A stretch of DNA of 64,000 bases from Candidatus Dojkabacteria bacterium (lineage in GTDB: Bacteria > Patescibacteriota > Dojkabacteria > SC72), in NCBI GenBank assembly GCA_040765985.1, contig JAXGRK010000004.1:5773-69772 (forward strand). Reading direction: 5' to 3'. Every line of letters begins with the position of its first letter. Position 1 is the first letter of the stretch. This document shows, one piece after another, positions 22,631-33,072 of the stretch. The position numbers were made by a program, and so were the translations under genes. The notes beneath the pieces were generated by a model that did no database searches, was not told the DNA's origin, and saw only the letters and a list, made by a program, of their open reading frames with translations.

Positions 22631-23395
22631 CTATGGTCTTAATGTTCCACCAAATACTTGCCATGCAAGTAAGGTTTTAGCTACTAAGGAAAGTATTATG
22701 TAATAAGTTTCTCCGTAAAGGTAGTTTTTCCATGGTCCAATCTTTTTGTACTGTAAGAACATATTAATTGCAAAGCTATTAAAGAAGATAAAGATACTTA
22801 CATATATCCAGTATACAAAGTCAGGAATGTTACCACCTCCAAACTCTCTAGCACCGTATACATAGATACCAAATACTACCCAGGGAACTATACCTGCTAT
22901 ACAACCTAGGATAAAGGTTAACCAGTTAACTTTCTTTTGACCGGAGTTATGTACTTCCATAGCTAAGCCGGTTAGGTTCATTAGTGCATCTAAGAAAAAT
23001 ATCATTACTAAACTAGATAGATCATATATTCCAGAAAGGAAACTTATTGCTATCATCATTACACTTGCACTTAGGGCATACTCATACCATCTTACTTTGT
23101 TAATACCAAGTTTTAGATTTTCTTCATATCTCTTTCTGTATACGGTTGAGATGAAGAGATGCGCAAATGCACTCATAAAGAAGAATATTGCTACAAACCA
23201 TGCAATATTAACTTCCCCTATCTGCTCTGTAGCAGGTAAAAGTTTATGTAGTTGTACATCATATTTAAGATAATTAATTGTAATGGGTACAATACCTCTT
23301 TCAGGATCGCTGATTATTAAAACAACTATACCCTGTATGAGATGGAAGAACCCCATTATTAAATTAAAGATTCTTAGTTTTTTAAACTTATCCAT
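22631..23395 (-). CDS. Heliorhodopsin (7-TM retinal protein)
   Basis: Intact 254 aa. Family-diagnostic segments are FHLIQG (TM1 His), VRWYEYALSASVMM (TM3 Glu), GCIAGIVPW, FFNSFAINMFLQYKK and SLVAKTLLAWQVFGGTL, with the putative Schiff-base Lys at codon 22676..22678. Confidence 0.85.
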   Translation of the reverse strand: MDKFKKLRIFNLIMGFFHLIQGIVVLIISDPERGIVPITINYLKYDVQLHKLLPATEQIGEVNIAWFVAIFFFMSAFAHLFISTVYRKRYEENLKLGINKVRWYEYALSASVMMIAISFLSGIYDLSSLVMIFFLDALMNLTGLAMEVHNSGQKKVNWLTFILGCIAGIVPWVVFGIYVYGAREFGGGNIPDFVYWIYVSIFIFFNSFAINMFLQYKKIGPWKNYLYGETYYIILSLVAKTLLAWQVFGGTLRP

Positions 23396-23735
23396 ATGTG
23401 TGAAATATGTAATATATTAATTAGTCTATGTTATCATACCAGTCGTGGAATAGGAAATGATTTTCTAATGTGGTAACTACTCTTTGCGATATTTCTTTAT
23501 TTCGGAGTCTTTATTGATATCCTTTATTAAAATATGTATTTCTAATTGAAATACCATTTATTTATGTGTATGGTAGAGGTAGGAAAATTCATAAATTAAT
23601 AGTACTAGTGGAAAAAGAACTACAACAAGAAATTGAATCTACGGTAAGTTTAATAGATGAAGTTACTGCATTATATCCTCAGATGCATGTGTCTTTGCCT
23701 CTTGACCATATCAAACCAGATGAGTTTATTTTGAT

Positions 23736-24055
23736 ATGAATTCTTACGAAAAAAGATTTTCAAATATTCTTCAATCAAAGGGTCTTGTTGTATTTAGAGA
23801 ACCAATTATCGAAGGGTTAAACCATATACCAGATTTTTTTGTCTATAACAGAAATTGTTTTAAGGGAAATTAGTAGAATTAACTTTGTATGATAGGGAGT
23901 GTTCTAATTTGAATGCTAGTAGAAAAAGTAAAGAAAAGAAAAAGAGACAGATTGCTGAGTTAGAGAGTTGTGGTATTCCTTTTGTTGTAATATTTAGAGA
24001 GAACATGAAATCAATTAGAAGATATTGTGATTGTAAACTTTTTTTAAAACTTTAA
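23736..24055 (+). pseudogene. Small PD-(D/E)xK nuclease-fold-like protein, one frameshift
   Basis: MNSYEKRFSNILQSKGLVVFREPIIEGLNHIPDFFVYNRN | GKLVELTLYDRECSN...ELESCGIPFVVIF. The hPDF...(x)n...VELT arrangement resembles a restriction-endonuclease-like core. The upstream short ORF ends in an ATGA overlap with this start. Confidence 0.35.
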
Positions 24056-24127
24056 ATAGAGTTTCTGTTTGATGTAATAATGGATAGATGATAGTATAGA
24101 TAGTATATAAATTATTATTATTCTAAT

Positions 24128-24511
24128 ATGGGATACACAGATAATATTGAAGATAGAACTTTAGAAAACGGTAACTTTAGAAAAGTTCTTTATACAGGGA
24201 AGTTTATGCAATTAGTAGTTATGTCTCTAAAACCAAGTGAAGATATTGGTGAAGAGGTACATGATACAGTAGATCAGTTTTTTAGAATTGAGAAAGGTGA
24301 AGCCAAAGTAGTTATGAATGGAGAAGAAACCATACTTACTGATGATATGGTAGCAATAGTACCAGCAGGAACACTACATAATGTAATAAATATGTCAGAA
24401 ACAGAAGATTTAAAACTATATACAATATATGCTCCTTCTAATCATCCAGAAGGTACAGTACATGCAACAAAGGAAGAGGCAATGGCTGCAGAGCAAGAGC
24501 ATCGTCATTAA
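24128..24511 (+). CDS. Cupin-domain protein
   Basis: Intact 127 aa. GEEVHDTVDQFFRIEKGEAKVVMNGEE...VPAGTLHNVIN is a two-motif cupin pattern. Confidence 0.75.
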   Translation: MGYTDNIEDRTLENGNFRKVLYTGKFMQLVVMSLKPSEDIGEEVHDTVDQFFRIEKGEAKVVMNGEETILTDDMVAIVPAGTLHNVINMSETEDLKLYTIYAPSNHPEGTVHATKEEAMAAEQEHRH

Positions 24512-24529
24512 ATCTCTTTGAATTGGATT

Positions 24530-24558
24530 AAGAGGAGTATAAAAACCTCCTCTTTTTT
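24530..24558 (+). terminator. Rho-independent terminator after the cupin gene
   Basis: AAGAGGAG-tataaaaac-CTCCTCTT followed by a T6 run. Overlaps the reconstructed 3' end of convergent dcd. Confidence 0.7.
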
Positions 24559-24559
24559 A

Positions 24560-25079
24560 TTAAAGCTGTGGAGGGGTAACTCCGTTTTGATTGATATATT
24601 TACTTATCTTTTGTCCCTCTATCTCAGATGAAAGTATTGCGAAAAGATATGTCCCTACTCTCTCATATTGATACTATATTGAAAAACCCATTGTTTTTAA
24701 TCTCTAATACTGAACTTTCATTGTTAAAAGGTAAACCATCTAATACCATAGCAGAGATATGTATACTCATTCCACATCTAGCATAAGTACTGGTACCATC
24801 AATTAAAGTAAGTATATCTTTATCTGTTTTTAATACCTCTTTTGTTGATCCTAGTACAAAATCATTTGGTTTTAATACATAGGCGTTCTTTGAAAGGGGG
24901 TACTTAATATATTCAATTTCTTTAGGATTGTTACTATCAACTATTTGATACGGTTTAGGGATTAGTAGCTGGTTTCCTAGATGTAAACTTATACCATTTG
25001 GTTCTAATTGATACTCCCCATTGATTATTATTTTTCCTTTATCAATATATTCTTTAATTGTCGAGTTAGAGAGAAACAT
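24560..25079 (-). pseudogene. dcd: dCTP deaminase (dUTPase-fold), frameshifts in the last ~35 codons
   Basis: ORF 24663..25079 reads MFLSNSTIKEYIDKGKIIINGEYQLEPNGISLHLG...STYARCGMSIH...LEIKNNG. The C-terminal LSSEIEGQKISKYINQNGVTPPQL* is in another frame. Confidence 0.75.
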
Positions 25080-25203
25080 TTTTATAGAGTTTTATATACT
25101 ATTTATATATTACAGTATTTTTTAATATACACAAAGATATCCCAAATTATTTTCATAGAATCTTTTTACTGATATACTTTGTCGATTTATACTAGAAAAA
25201 AGA

Positions 25204-26175
25204 ATGAAAAATCTTAAAAAATATATATCTCCTTTAATTACAATATTTGTACTTATGCTTTTTGGTTTTTATTTATACCAAAACCCTGAAATCATTGAGC
25301 TTGTCTTCTCTACTCATTGGATATATATCGTATTGATAATGGGAGTATATTTATTAGTATTCCTGTTTGAGGGTCTTTTTATAAAAATATCTCTAGATAT
25401 ATTTCAAAAGAGTATTAAAGTTGGTGAAAGTTTTTTTCTTGCTACTGTATCAAGAATAGGGAATTACTTACTCCCTATGAGGGCCGGAGCGGTATTTAGA
25501 GAAACATATTTAAAGAAGAAATATGATTTTTCTTACTCTAACTTTCTTTCTACTTTTTACGGTTATTATGTAATATTCTTTTTAACTAATTCGGTTATAT
25601 CTGTAGGAATACTACTAATCAAATATTTTAATAATAATGAATTATATTTAACTCTGATGACATTTTTCTCTTTAATATTGGTTGGAATGTTAGCTCTTAT
25701 TTTTATAAGATTACCTATTGATAGATTTATTAAAAAGACAGATGGAATAATAGGGAAAATGTTAACTTACTTAAATAAATTTATAAAAGGTTGGGATTTA
25801 ATTGTTAAAGATAGTAAAGATTTTCTTATGTTACTTCTAATATCTTTTGGAAATATATTCCTTAATGTAATAATTGTATATGTAGAATTTATTGCTATTG
25901 ATAAGAAGTCTAAGATTTTAGATGTCATATTTTATACTGCTATATCTGGAGTTTCCTTACTTGTAAGTATTACTCCAGGTTCACTTGGTATTAGAGAGGG
26001 TATTTTTTTGCTTACTTCGAAGTCTTTGGGATTAACTGAGCATGAAATTATGCGTTTGGCCTTTTTAGATAGAGGGGTAATGTTTATTTTGCTTCTTATT
26101 TGTTTATTAGTGATTATGCTTTTTTATAAGAAATTAACATTAAAACAGATATTCTTTGGTAAAGACAATAAATAA
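25204..26175 (+). CDS. Lysylphosphatidylglycerol-synthase-TM-region (flippase-like, UPF0104) membrane protein
   Basis: Intact 323 aa with ~8 TM. Has SRIGNYLLPMRAGAVFRETYLKKKY and ITPGSLGIREGIFLL segments typical of this family. Confidence 0.65.
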   Translation: MKNLKKYISPLITIFVLMLFGFYLYQNPEIIELVFSTHWIYIVLIMGVYLLVFLFEGLFIKISLDIFQKSIKVGESFFLATVSRIGNYLLPMRAGAVFRETYLKKKYDFSYSNFLSTFYGYYVIFFLTNSVISVGILLIKYFNNNELYLTLMTFFSLILVGMLALIFIRLPIDRFIKKTDGIIGKMLTYLNKFIKGWDLIVKDSKDFLMLLLISFGNIFLNVIIVYVEFIAIDKKSKILDVIFYTAISGVSLLVSITPGSLGIREGIFLLTSKSLGLTEHEIMRLAFLDRGVMFILLLICLLVIMLFYKKLTLKQIFFGKDNK

Positions 26176-27487
26176 ATACAATATTTTGTTGTTACTCTTG
26201 TTGCTAATATTTACCATATTGATAACCTTTCTGGCTATTAAATTAAAAATGGGGTTATCTCCTGATTCGTCATACCACTTAGATGTCTCAAAAGCGTATT
26301 CTACAACTTTGAAATTCCAGATAACACAGTAGATACTTATAAATATAGAGATATAACTAGAATTGCTTATCTATATTATTGGATAAATGGAAGAATTTTA
26401 AATATAAATAACGGTTTAATTAACGACATTATACTCTTGAGATTAGTTAATGTTTTTTACTCTGTACTAACAGTTTGTGGTGTATTTCTTTTAAGTAAAG
26501 AGATTATCAAAAAGAAATTTGGAAAGTTACTACCTCAATTCTTCTTAACTAATACCTTAATGTTTGTATTTTTAAGCTCAAGTATAATTATGACAACTTA
26601 GCAAAATTTGTTCTAAGTATTTTGTTTTTGTTAAATTTATTAAATGGTGATTTTAATTTTTACTTTTAATGTTACTTACCCTATGTCTAGGTTGTTTGAC
26701 TAAATATACTATTCTTCCCCTTGCTTTCATATTAGTGATTCTGTCTATGATAGATATATATTCAAAAGAGAGGGTATATTTAAAACTATTCAATTAAAAA
26801 AATATTTTACTTCACAGTCTTACACACTCTTTTCTTTGGATTTCTTAACATACAGCTTTACGGAGTGAATTTAATCAAATATGGAACAATAGAACCAGTT
26901 GTGAACAGATATTAACACATGAGCAATGTTTAACAAATGGGGTATATTACAGAGATAATGTTACTTTCAAAGAAAAGAGAAATTGAAGGTATTGGGGATG
27001 CAGTTGACTTGATTCTTTCCTCAGAGAGATTGGATCCAATTCGATACTTTTTTAAATGGTTGCCTAATATTACTTCAGAATATACAGGAATAATGGCAGA
27101 TAACAGCTTGTATATGCCTACTATTTTTAAATTATTTATATATCTGCCTTATCAATTGGATTTGGCTTGGGTATTATCAAATGGAAGAATTGGAAAAAAG
27201 TTGATAAGTATCTTCTGACTATATTCATATTTTATATTTCAATACTTTTTTTCTTTCAAAATTACAGTATGTATTTAAGATTTAACCATTACTATTTAGC
27301 ACTACAAGGAAGATATATTTTCCCTGTGATATCGATTATGTATATACTTTTTTCAAAATCTCTTCTATTTATTAAAAAAGATTGGATTAGATATCTGATA
27401 CTTATCCCAATCATCATTCTATTCATCTACGGTTGTATACCATTCTTTTTTAGTAATGTACCAAGTTGGTGGTTTATAAATATCTAA
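26156..27487 (+). pseudogene. Polytopic GT-C-type (ArnT/PMT-like) membrane glycosyltransferase-like protein, heavily frameshifted
   Basis: Hydrophobic segments across all three frames. The intact C-terminal ORF 27167..27487 contains YLALQGRYIFPV. Start uncertain (possible TTG at 26156). Confidence 0.4.
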
Positions 27488-27504
27488 TTTGAAATATCCA
27501 AGTA

Positions 27505-28667
27505 ATGAGATACATAGGAACAAGTGTTAGAGGAATTAGAACTCCAATTATTAAAGGTGATAATTTGGAAGATATTGTAATAGAGTCGATTTTTAGGGCT
27601 GGTAAAGAACACAATTTTGACTTAAATGATAGAGATGTAATAGGAATTACCGAAGCAGTAGTTGCAATTACTCAAAGCAACTATATCTCTAAACAAGAAT
27701 TAACAAAAGAGTTTAAGAAAATATTCCCAGATAAGGTGGGTGTTGTATTCCCAATACTTAGTAGAAATAGATTCTCTTTGATATTAGAATCTCTTGCAGC
27801 TGCATGTTATTGAAGTCCATATTCTTTTTAGTTATCCCTCGGATGAGGTTAGGTATTTAATGGTTAATAAGATAGAATGTATGATTCAAAAATAAACCCT
27901 TGCAAAGATTCTTTTGATGAAGATAGGTATGAAAACTTTTTAAAGAGAAAGAGATATTACACAAATTTACTAATATTGATTACGCTAAATATTATAAAAG
28001 TTTAGGAAAGAACAATGTGTTTATACATTTCTCTAATGATCAAGGTATATTCTTAATTTTACTAAAGATGTTTTAATTGCTGATATTCATACAAGATTTA
28101 GAACTAAAAAGATTATTGAAGAAGGAGGGGAAATACTGTTTTAAGTTTATTAATTATATCATTCTCACCATCAAAACACATGGATTTAATACTGATTACG
28201 GTTATTGGGTTCAAACTAAGGTTGGAAAAGAGAAACTAAAACTATTTCCAAAGAGTGTGACAAGTTAGTTAATTCAATCCAAATAAGAATAAAAAGAAAC
28301 AGGTAAACTTGTGATAATGGTATATGGAGATGGAGCTTTTAAAGATCCTGTAGGAAAATATAGAGGTGCTTGAATCCTGTTGTTTCTCCTGGCTTTACCA
28401 ATGGTTTAAATGGAAGACCAAATGAGGTTAAACTAAAATATATATCTGAAAACTGGGATAAAAAGGGTAGCTTAGATAGCTATGTAAAAGATATTATCAA
28501 TGAAAAGAAAGACCCTGATTTTAAAACCGAAAAATCTTTAGGTACTACACCCAGACAATTAACTGATCTTTTGGGTAGTTTATGTGATTTAACTAGTGGG
28601 AGTGGTGATAAGGAGTACCCCTGTGATTTTAATACAGGGATATTTCGATGATTATACAAAGGAGTAG
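27505..28667 (+). pseudogene. F420-0:gamma-glutamyl-ligase-like (CofE-fold) protein, frameshifted
   Basis: N-terminus MRYIGTSVRGIRTPIIKGDNLEDIVIESI...DRDVIGITEAVVAITQSNYI. C-terminus ..GSGDK-STPVILIQGYFDDYTKE* after a frame change. Confidence 0.5.
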
Positions 28668-28689
28668 TTTTAATATGTTATACTAAAAA

Positions 28690-29440
28690 ATGAAAAAGTC
28701 ACTTGTAATATTGATTGGTTTTTTAGTAATTTCTCTTTTTGTTGTTTTAGGTATTTTCTTAATTAAAGAGAAAGGGATATTTGATTCACTAAGAAAGAAT
28801 AAGCCGGAAATTGAGAACTTAGTTTCAATACAACAAGCAGAGCTTTCTTCTTTTGTTTTTCGTTATTCAAGATACTCCAAATAACCATATATTAAATATA
28901 AATATAACGCCATTTTAGATTAAATATTTCAGAAAAGGAAATCAAAAGTTTTAAAATAACAAACTTTCAGGCAACTAACAACAATGATAAAGAAGTTATA
29001 CTTGTTCATCCTACGAACTTAGCAATTGATACAGTAGGTAGAACATTTTTATTTACAACACAAGAAAGTATTTACTTTAAAAGATTTAAAAGCATCAGAG
29101 AATAGTATTATGAGTATTCTGTTATTTGTATCTGAAGTAAAGAAATTTAATGAAGTTAAAAACCAAGGAGATGTCTCTCCTAATTTCGGTATTATCATTT
29201 CAAATATTGGGTCTGTAGATTTTATGAATCCATTTCAAAAAGTGAAGCCGTATTTGATGGAACTAAGTATCTTGAGTACAGTGAAATACCTTTGAATACT
29301 TTAGATACAGATATTCGGTTTGACATAGTTATTGAATTTACGGATGGTAATCTATATACAAAAAGACTTGGATTTCAAAAATTACTGGAGAATCATTTAA
29401 ATCTGAAAGCACTCCTATTTTTCCAATATCTGAACAAGAG
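28690..29440 (+). pseudogene. Membrane-anchored hypothetical protein, frameshifted
   Basis: ORF 28690..28884 starts with TM SLVILIGFLVISLFVVLGIFLI. The continuation is scattered over ORFs 29110.. and 29292... No recognisable domain; end approximate. Confidence 0.3.
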
Positions 29441-29457
29441 TAGTATAGTTAACTATA

Positions 29458-30576
29458 TTAAATTTTGCTTTTCAATCTTAACACTCTTTTGACTTTTTCA
29501 TTGACTTCTTCCTCCGTAATTATTTTTTCATTTATCGCCTCTAAGAATACAATCATATACATCTTCTTGAATGGATAGAACACTACTATAAAGCAAAATA
29601 TCGTTACCCGCAATTAAAAGCATCTCTCGCTATGTCACAGTATTGTCCTACACTCTCTATAGAATCCATTTCCATGTCATCAGTAATTAACACTTTGTCA
29701 TATCCTAGATTTTGTCTAAGTTTTTCTGTTAAAAGTTTGTATGATACTGTAGATGGTTTACTATCAATATTTGGATAGAGAATATGTCCTACCATTATTG
29801 CCTCGACACTTCCCTGCTCTACTAGATATTTAAAGGGGTAGATATATTCTTCAAATTCATTTTCTTGTATATATACTTTTGGTAATGAGTAATGTGAGTC
29901 GGGTGAAGAGTTGCTGTGACCAGGATAGTGTTTTGCTACAGATATTATCCCTGAATCTGTGTATCCGCATAATTGCATAATCTGACTTCTGAGAAATATC
30001 TTCAATACTTCCCCGAAATACTCTTTGATACATAAAGGAGTTTGGATTAGTGATATATTCAACAACAGGAGCTAAATTAACATTTATTCCTAAATCTTTT
30101 AATATGAGTGCCTTTCCTTAGCAATATCGTATGCTTCTTGGGGGGTATTCATATTTTTTTGAGATATTGTTAAAACATTACTTCCTTTTTAATCTAGCAA
30201 CTATCCCACCCTCTTGATCAATTGAAATTAGTAGAGGGATATTAGAAATCGATTGAAGATTGGCATTTAACTCTTTGAGTTGTTCAAAGGACGATATGTT
30301 TCTACCTAGTAATAGGATTCCGCAATGTGTTTGTTTCAATTAAATTTGAAATATTCTCATCGATATTTATACTTGAGAAACCAAGACACTTGAAGTTGAC
30401 CGACTTTTTCCTCGATACTCATTTCTGCAAGAATTTCTTCTTCAATGGGAGAGTCTTTGCACTATTCTTAAGCTTCCTTCAATACTATGTGTTGGTAAGA
30501 AGTTTCTAAGTATAGCTAAACAAAGTAGCACAGAGGTAAGCAGTAAAGCAAAAACAACTCTTAATATTACTTTCAT
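29458..30576 (-). pseudogene. nagZ: Glycoside hydrolase family 3 (beta-N-acetylhexosaminidase, NagZ-like) with signal peptide, several frameshifts
   Basis: MKVILRVVFALLLTSVLLCLA..; LLISIDQEGGIVARL; ORF 29604..30065 has AKHYPGHSNSSPDSHYSLP and VLITDDMEMDSI; the tail INEKIITEEEVNEKVKRVLRLKSKI* is in a shifted frame. Confidence 0.75.
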
Positions 30577-31215
30577 ATATTTATACTATCATTTTTACTT
30601 TCTTTTTTAAAAAGAGATAGCTTAAGAAGGCAAAGGGAATCATACTTAAAAATATTTTCATTACTGTTAGTAGTATCGGTTCTCCATTTTTTCATTATTA
30701 ACATCATTACAATACTCCATGGTATCATACTAATTACTGTGGATATGTAATATTTAAAGAGATATTTGTTAAACCAAATGCATATGAGGCGAAATCGTTA
30801 ATGTAAAAGTAGAAAGTCTAAATAGAAAGAATCTCTCTGTATCAATTCTTTTTGATATCTCTTCAATTCTTTCAATTCCTTGTTCTCCAATAAATATCGT
30901 AAGAACTTTTTTCCCGTAATTTCGAGATAAATAGAAATTAGTAATAGATGATATTAGCCATGTTAATATTGAATAGAATATTGCATTTTTACCAAAAAGT
31001 ATAAACCCAGTTACAAACAGTGCAGATGTACTTAATGGTGCAAATATCTGTCCAACTATCTGTATTAAAACATAAAATATTGGTGCTAAGGGTCCGGCTT
31101 TATAAATAAAAGTAGATATGTCTTCAGAAGAGAATCTGTTTGAGATGTAAAGTAATAGTGCAATCAATAGTAATGAAATAAGAAAAAAAACAATACGTTT
31201 AAAGGTAATCTTCAT
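30573..31215 (-). pseudogene. DedA/TVP38-TMEM64 (VTT-domain) family membrane protein, frameshifted in the 3' third
   Basis: ORF 30769..31215 reads ..AGPLAPIFYVLIQIVGQIFAPLSTSALFVTGFILFG..FYLSRNYGKKV... The reconstructed end overlaps the nagZ start in an ATGA. Confidence 0.65.
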
Positions 31216-31248
31216 TACACATTATACAGCAAAAGAAAAAAAATAAAG

Positions 31249-31283
31249 AAAAAAAAGGATGGAGTACCGACATACAACCATCC
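31249..31283 (-). terminator. Rho-independent terminator (minus strand) just upstream of the dedA-like promoter region
   Basis: Minus strand GGATGG-ttgtatgtcggtact-CCATCC followed by T8. A TATAAT box (gctgTATAATgtg) follows, before the ATG at 31215. Confidence 0.65.
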
Positions 31284-31635
31284 AAACACCAGGAAAGTAT
31301 GCATTACGACATACTGGGTTTGGCCAAGAAACGCAAGTAAGGAAATAATAAAACTTCAATACTTGTTAATGTTCCAAGGTGTCAATGTTCGAATCATCAA
31401 CATATCCCTTAAATCCTCAGAAACATCTAAAATAGAAAAATCGGTTCTAAATTAGAGTTCGCTAGCAACCTGTTAGGATTTAAAAGTCCTAGTGTTTATA
31501 TGCTAAATAGTACCACAACAAATGTCAATAAAAAATGTTGGGTATAATGTTATAGGTTTGCAAGTTGGTATTTGGTATCTTGATAAATAGGAATAAAACA
31601 TACTTATGTCTCATACTATAACACCAGTAGTTTCT

Positions 31636-32889
31636 TTATACTTTGTTCGTTTTATTTAAATCTGGTTCGTTACTTTTTGTATTAACATTACCTTCTTTCT
31701 TCTTCTTTTTTAAATATATGAAGACAATTGCAATAATAAGAATTAATACAGCACTTATTATATAGATGATTTTAGCTAACATATTCGAATTATCCTCTTC
31801 GTTGTTACTAGTTATTACAGTTTCTCCTTGTTCTTGAATATTTAATTTGAATAGTTCTTCTTTATTACTAACCATCCCCTCTTCGTTTTGTGCCATTGCT
31901 GAAACTGATAGAGTGTTACCTTCTAGATCAGTTGCACTTACTATGATATACCAGTTACCATTTTCATCAGCTTTTGCTGTATATGTTTTGTTCCCTATTG
32001 TTAGGAAAATATCGTCCTGTTGGCCTGCTATTCCAACAATTTTTATAACACTATCTTTATTGGCATTTACTTCATCTTCTTTTGGTTCTACAACAAAGTT
32101 ATCAATTATTATAAATTCTAATGATGGGACTACAATATTATCATCGATATCAGTTTCGTTAATCTCTATTTTACTAATTGGTTTGTCAGGGATAGCAGTT
32201 TCTTCCGATATATCTTTTGTGCTTTCTTCAGAAGTATTATCAACTTGCTCTTGTGTATTTACAACGGGAGTATTATCTATAGGGGTAGTTTCTTCTGTGT
32301 TATCTACTGGGGTAGTATCTTCTTGCGTATTATCTACAGGATTTGCTTCTTCTTCAGAATTGTCTCTTTCCATAACTATGTCAAAACCATATACTTTAAA
32401 GGCGTGATCACCACTTACAGGAGTGGTTCCACTTCTTCTTTGACCATATGGATAAACATCTGTATCAGAGTAATACCAAGCAGTCGCATTCTCTGAATAG
32501 TAAGCGGTCCCTATCCACATTGAATATGTGTCTTCTTTATCCAGATAAATAGTTAAATCCTCTGTATATAAATCAAAACTTTCCCACCCATCACCTGACC
32601 CCATTCGTTTATTTAGGGTAACAAGTGGCCATCCTGTTGTTTCATTCTTAAGTTGTAATGTGACTGTATCTCCTTGGTGTCTATTTTTTAGAAATACTTC
32701 AATTTGTGTAATTACATTCTTTGTTACTTTAAAAGTTTGATTTCTGTAATATTCTTTATATACAACAATCGCAGCTCCTCCCTCTGTTTGACTTTGATCT
32801 AATACCACGTCATATGCTTCTACTGGTAGCTTATACAGAAAGAGTGTAAACAGAAATGAAAGGATAGAAAAAAGAAAAATTTTTTTCAT
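31636..32889 (-). CDS. Secreted, C-terminally membrane-anchored surface protein with acidic Thr/Pro/Asp/Asn repeats
   Basis: Intact 417 aa. Signal peptide MKKIFLFSILSFLFTLFLYKLPVEA; repeat region NPVDNTQEDTTPVDNTEETTPIDNTPVVNTQEQVDNTSEE; TM IIYIISAVLILIIAIVFIYL followed by KKKKKEG. Confidence 0.7.
   Translation of the reverse strand: MKKIFLFSILSFLFTLFLYKLPVEAYDVVLDQSQTEGGAAIVVYKEYYRNQTFKVTKNVITQIEVFLKNRHQGDTVTLQLKNETTGWPLVTLNKRMGSGDGWESFDLYTEDLTIYLDKEDTYSMWIGTAYYSENATAWYYSDTDVYPYGQRRSGTTPVSGDHAFKVYGFDIVMERDNSEEEANPVDNTQEDTTPVDNTEETTPIDNTPVVNTQEQVDNTSEESTKDISEETAIPDKPISKIEINETDIDDNIVVPSLEFIIIDNFVVEPKEDEVNANKDSVIKIVGIAGQQDDIFLTIGNKTYTAKADENGNWYIIVSATDLEGNTLSVSAMAQNEEGMVSNKEELFKLNIQEQGETVITSNNEEDNSNMLAKIIYIISAVLILIIAIVFIYLKKKKKEGNVNTKSNEPDLNKTNKV
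32231..32355 (-). repeat. Imperfect ~27-30-nt tandem repeats inside the surface-protein gene
   Basis: Plus strand has gtattatctataggggtagtttcttct / gtgttatctactggggtagtatcttcttgc / gtattatctacaggatttgcttcttcttc, encoding the (T/N)PVDNT(E/Q)E units. Confidence 0.7.
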
Positions 32890-33072
32890 TAAATTATTAT
32901 ATTATTTTAATATATACATATTTAAACATTTTAAATTAAAAGTCAAACACGTACATTCTTGTGTTTTACAGTTTTGCTTTTTATTAGATATTTATTAAAC
33001 TTCACTTTCAACTTTGAACATAAAAATATTAAATGCTATTATTTAAATATTTAGTTATTAAAATAGTATAAA

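Noticed and set aside
31216-31635. Identification of the gap as RNase P RNA, tmRNA, SRP RNA or a yybP-ykoY Mn2+ riboswitch
   Set aside because: Only isolated word matches were found: AGGAAAGU, GAUUCGAAC, GGAGUA..GACAUAC. The obligatory partners are absent: the P4 pairing and ACAGAA motif, a tRNA-like 3' end with CCA and a tag ORF, and the GGAA/AGCAGC helix-8 motif. The Mn-like words are on the strand with no downstream gene.
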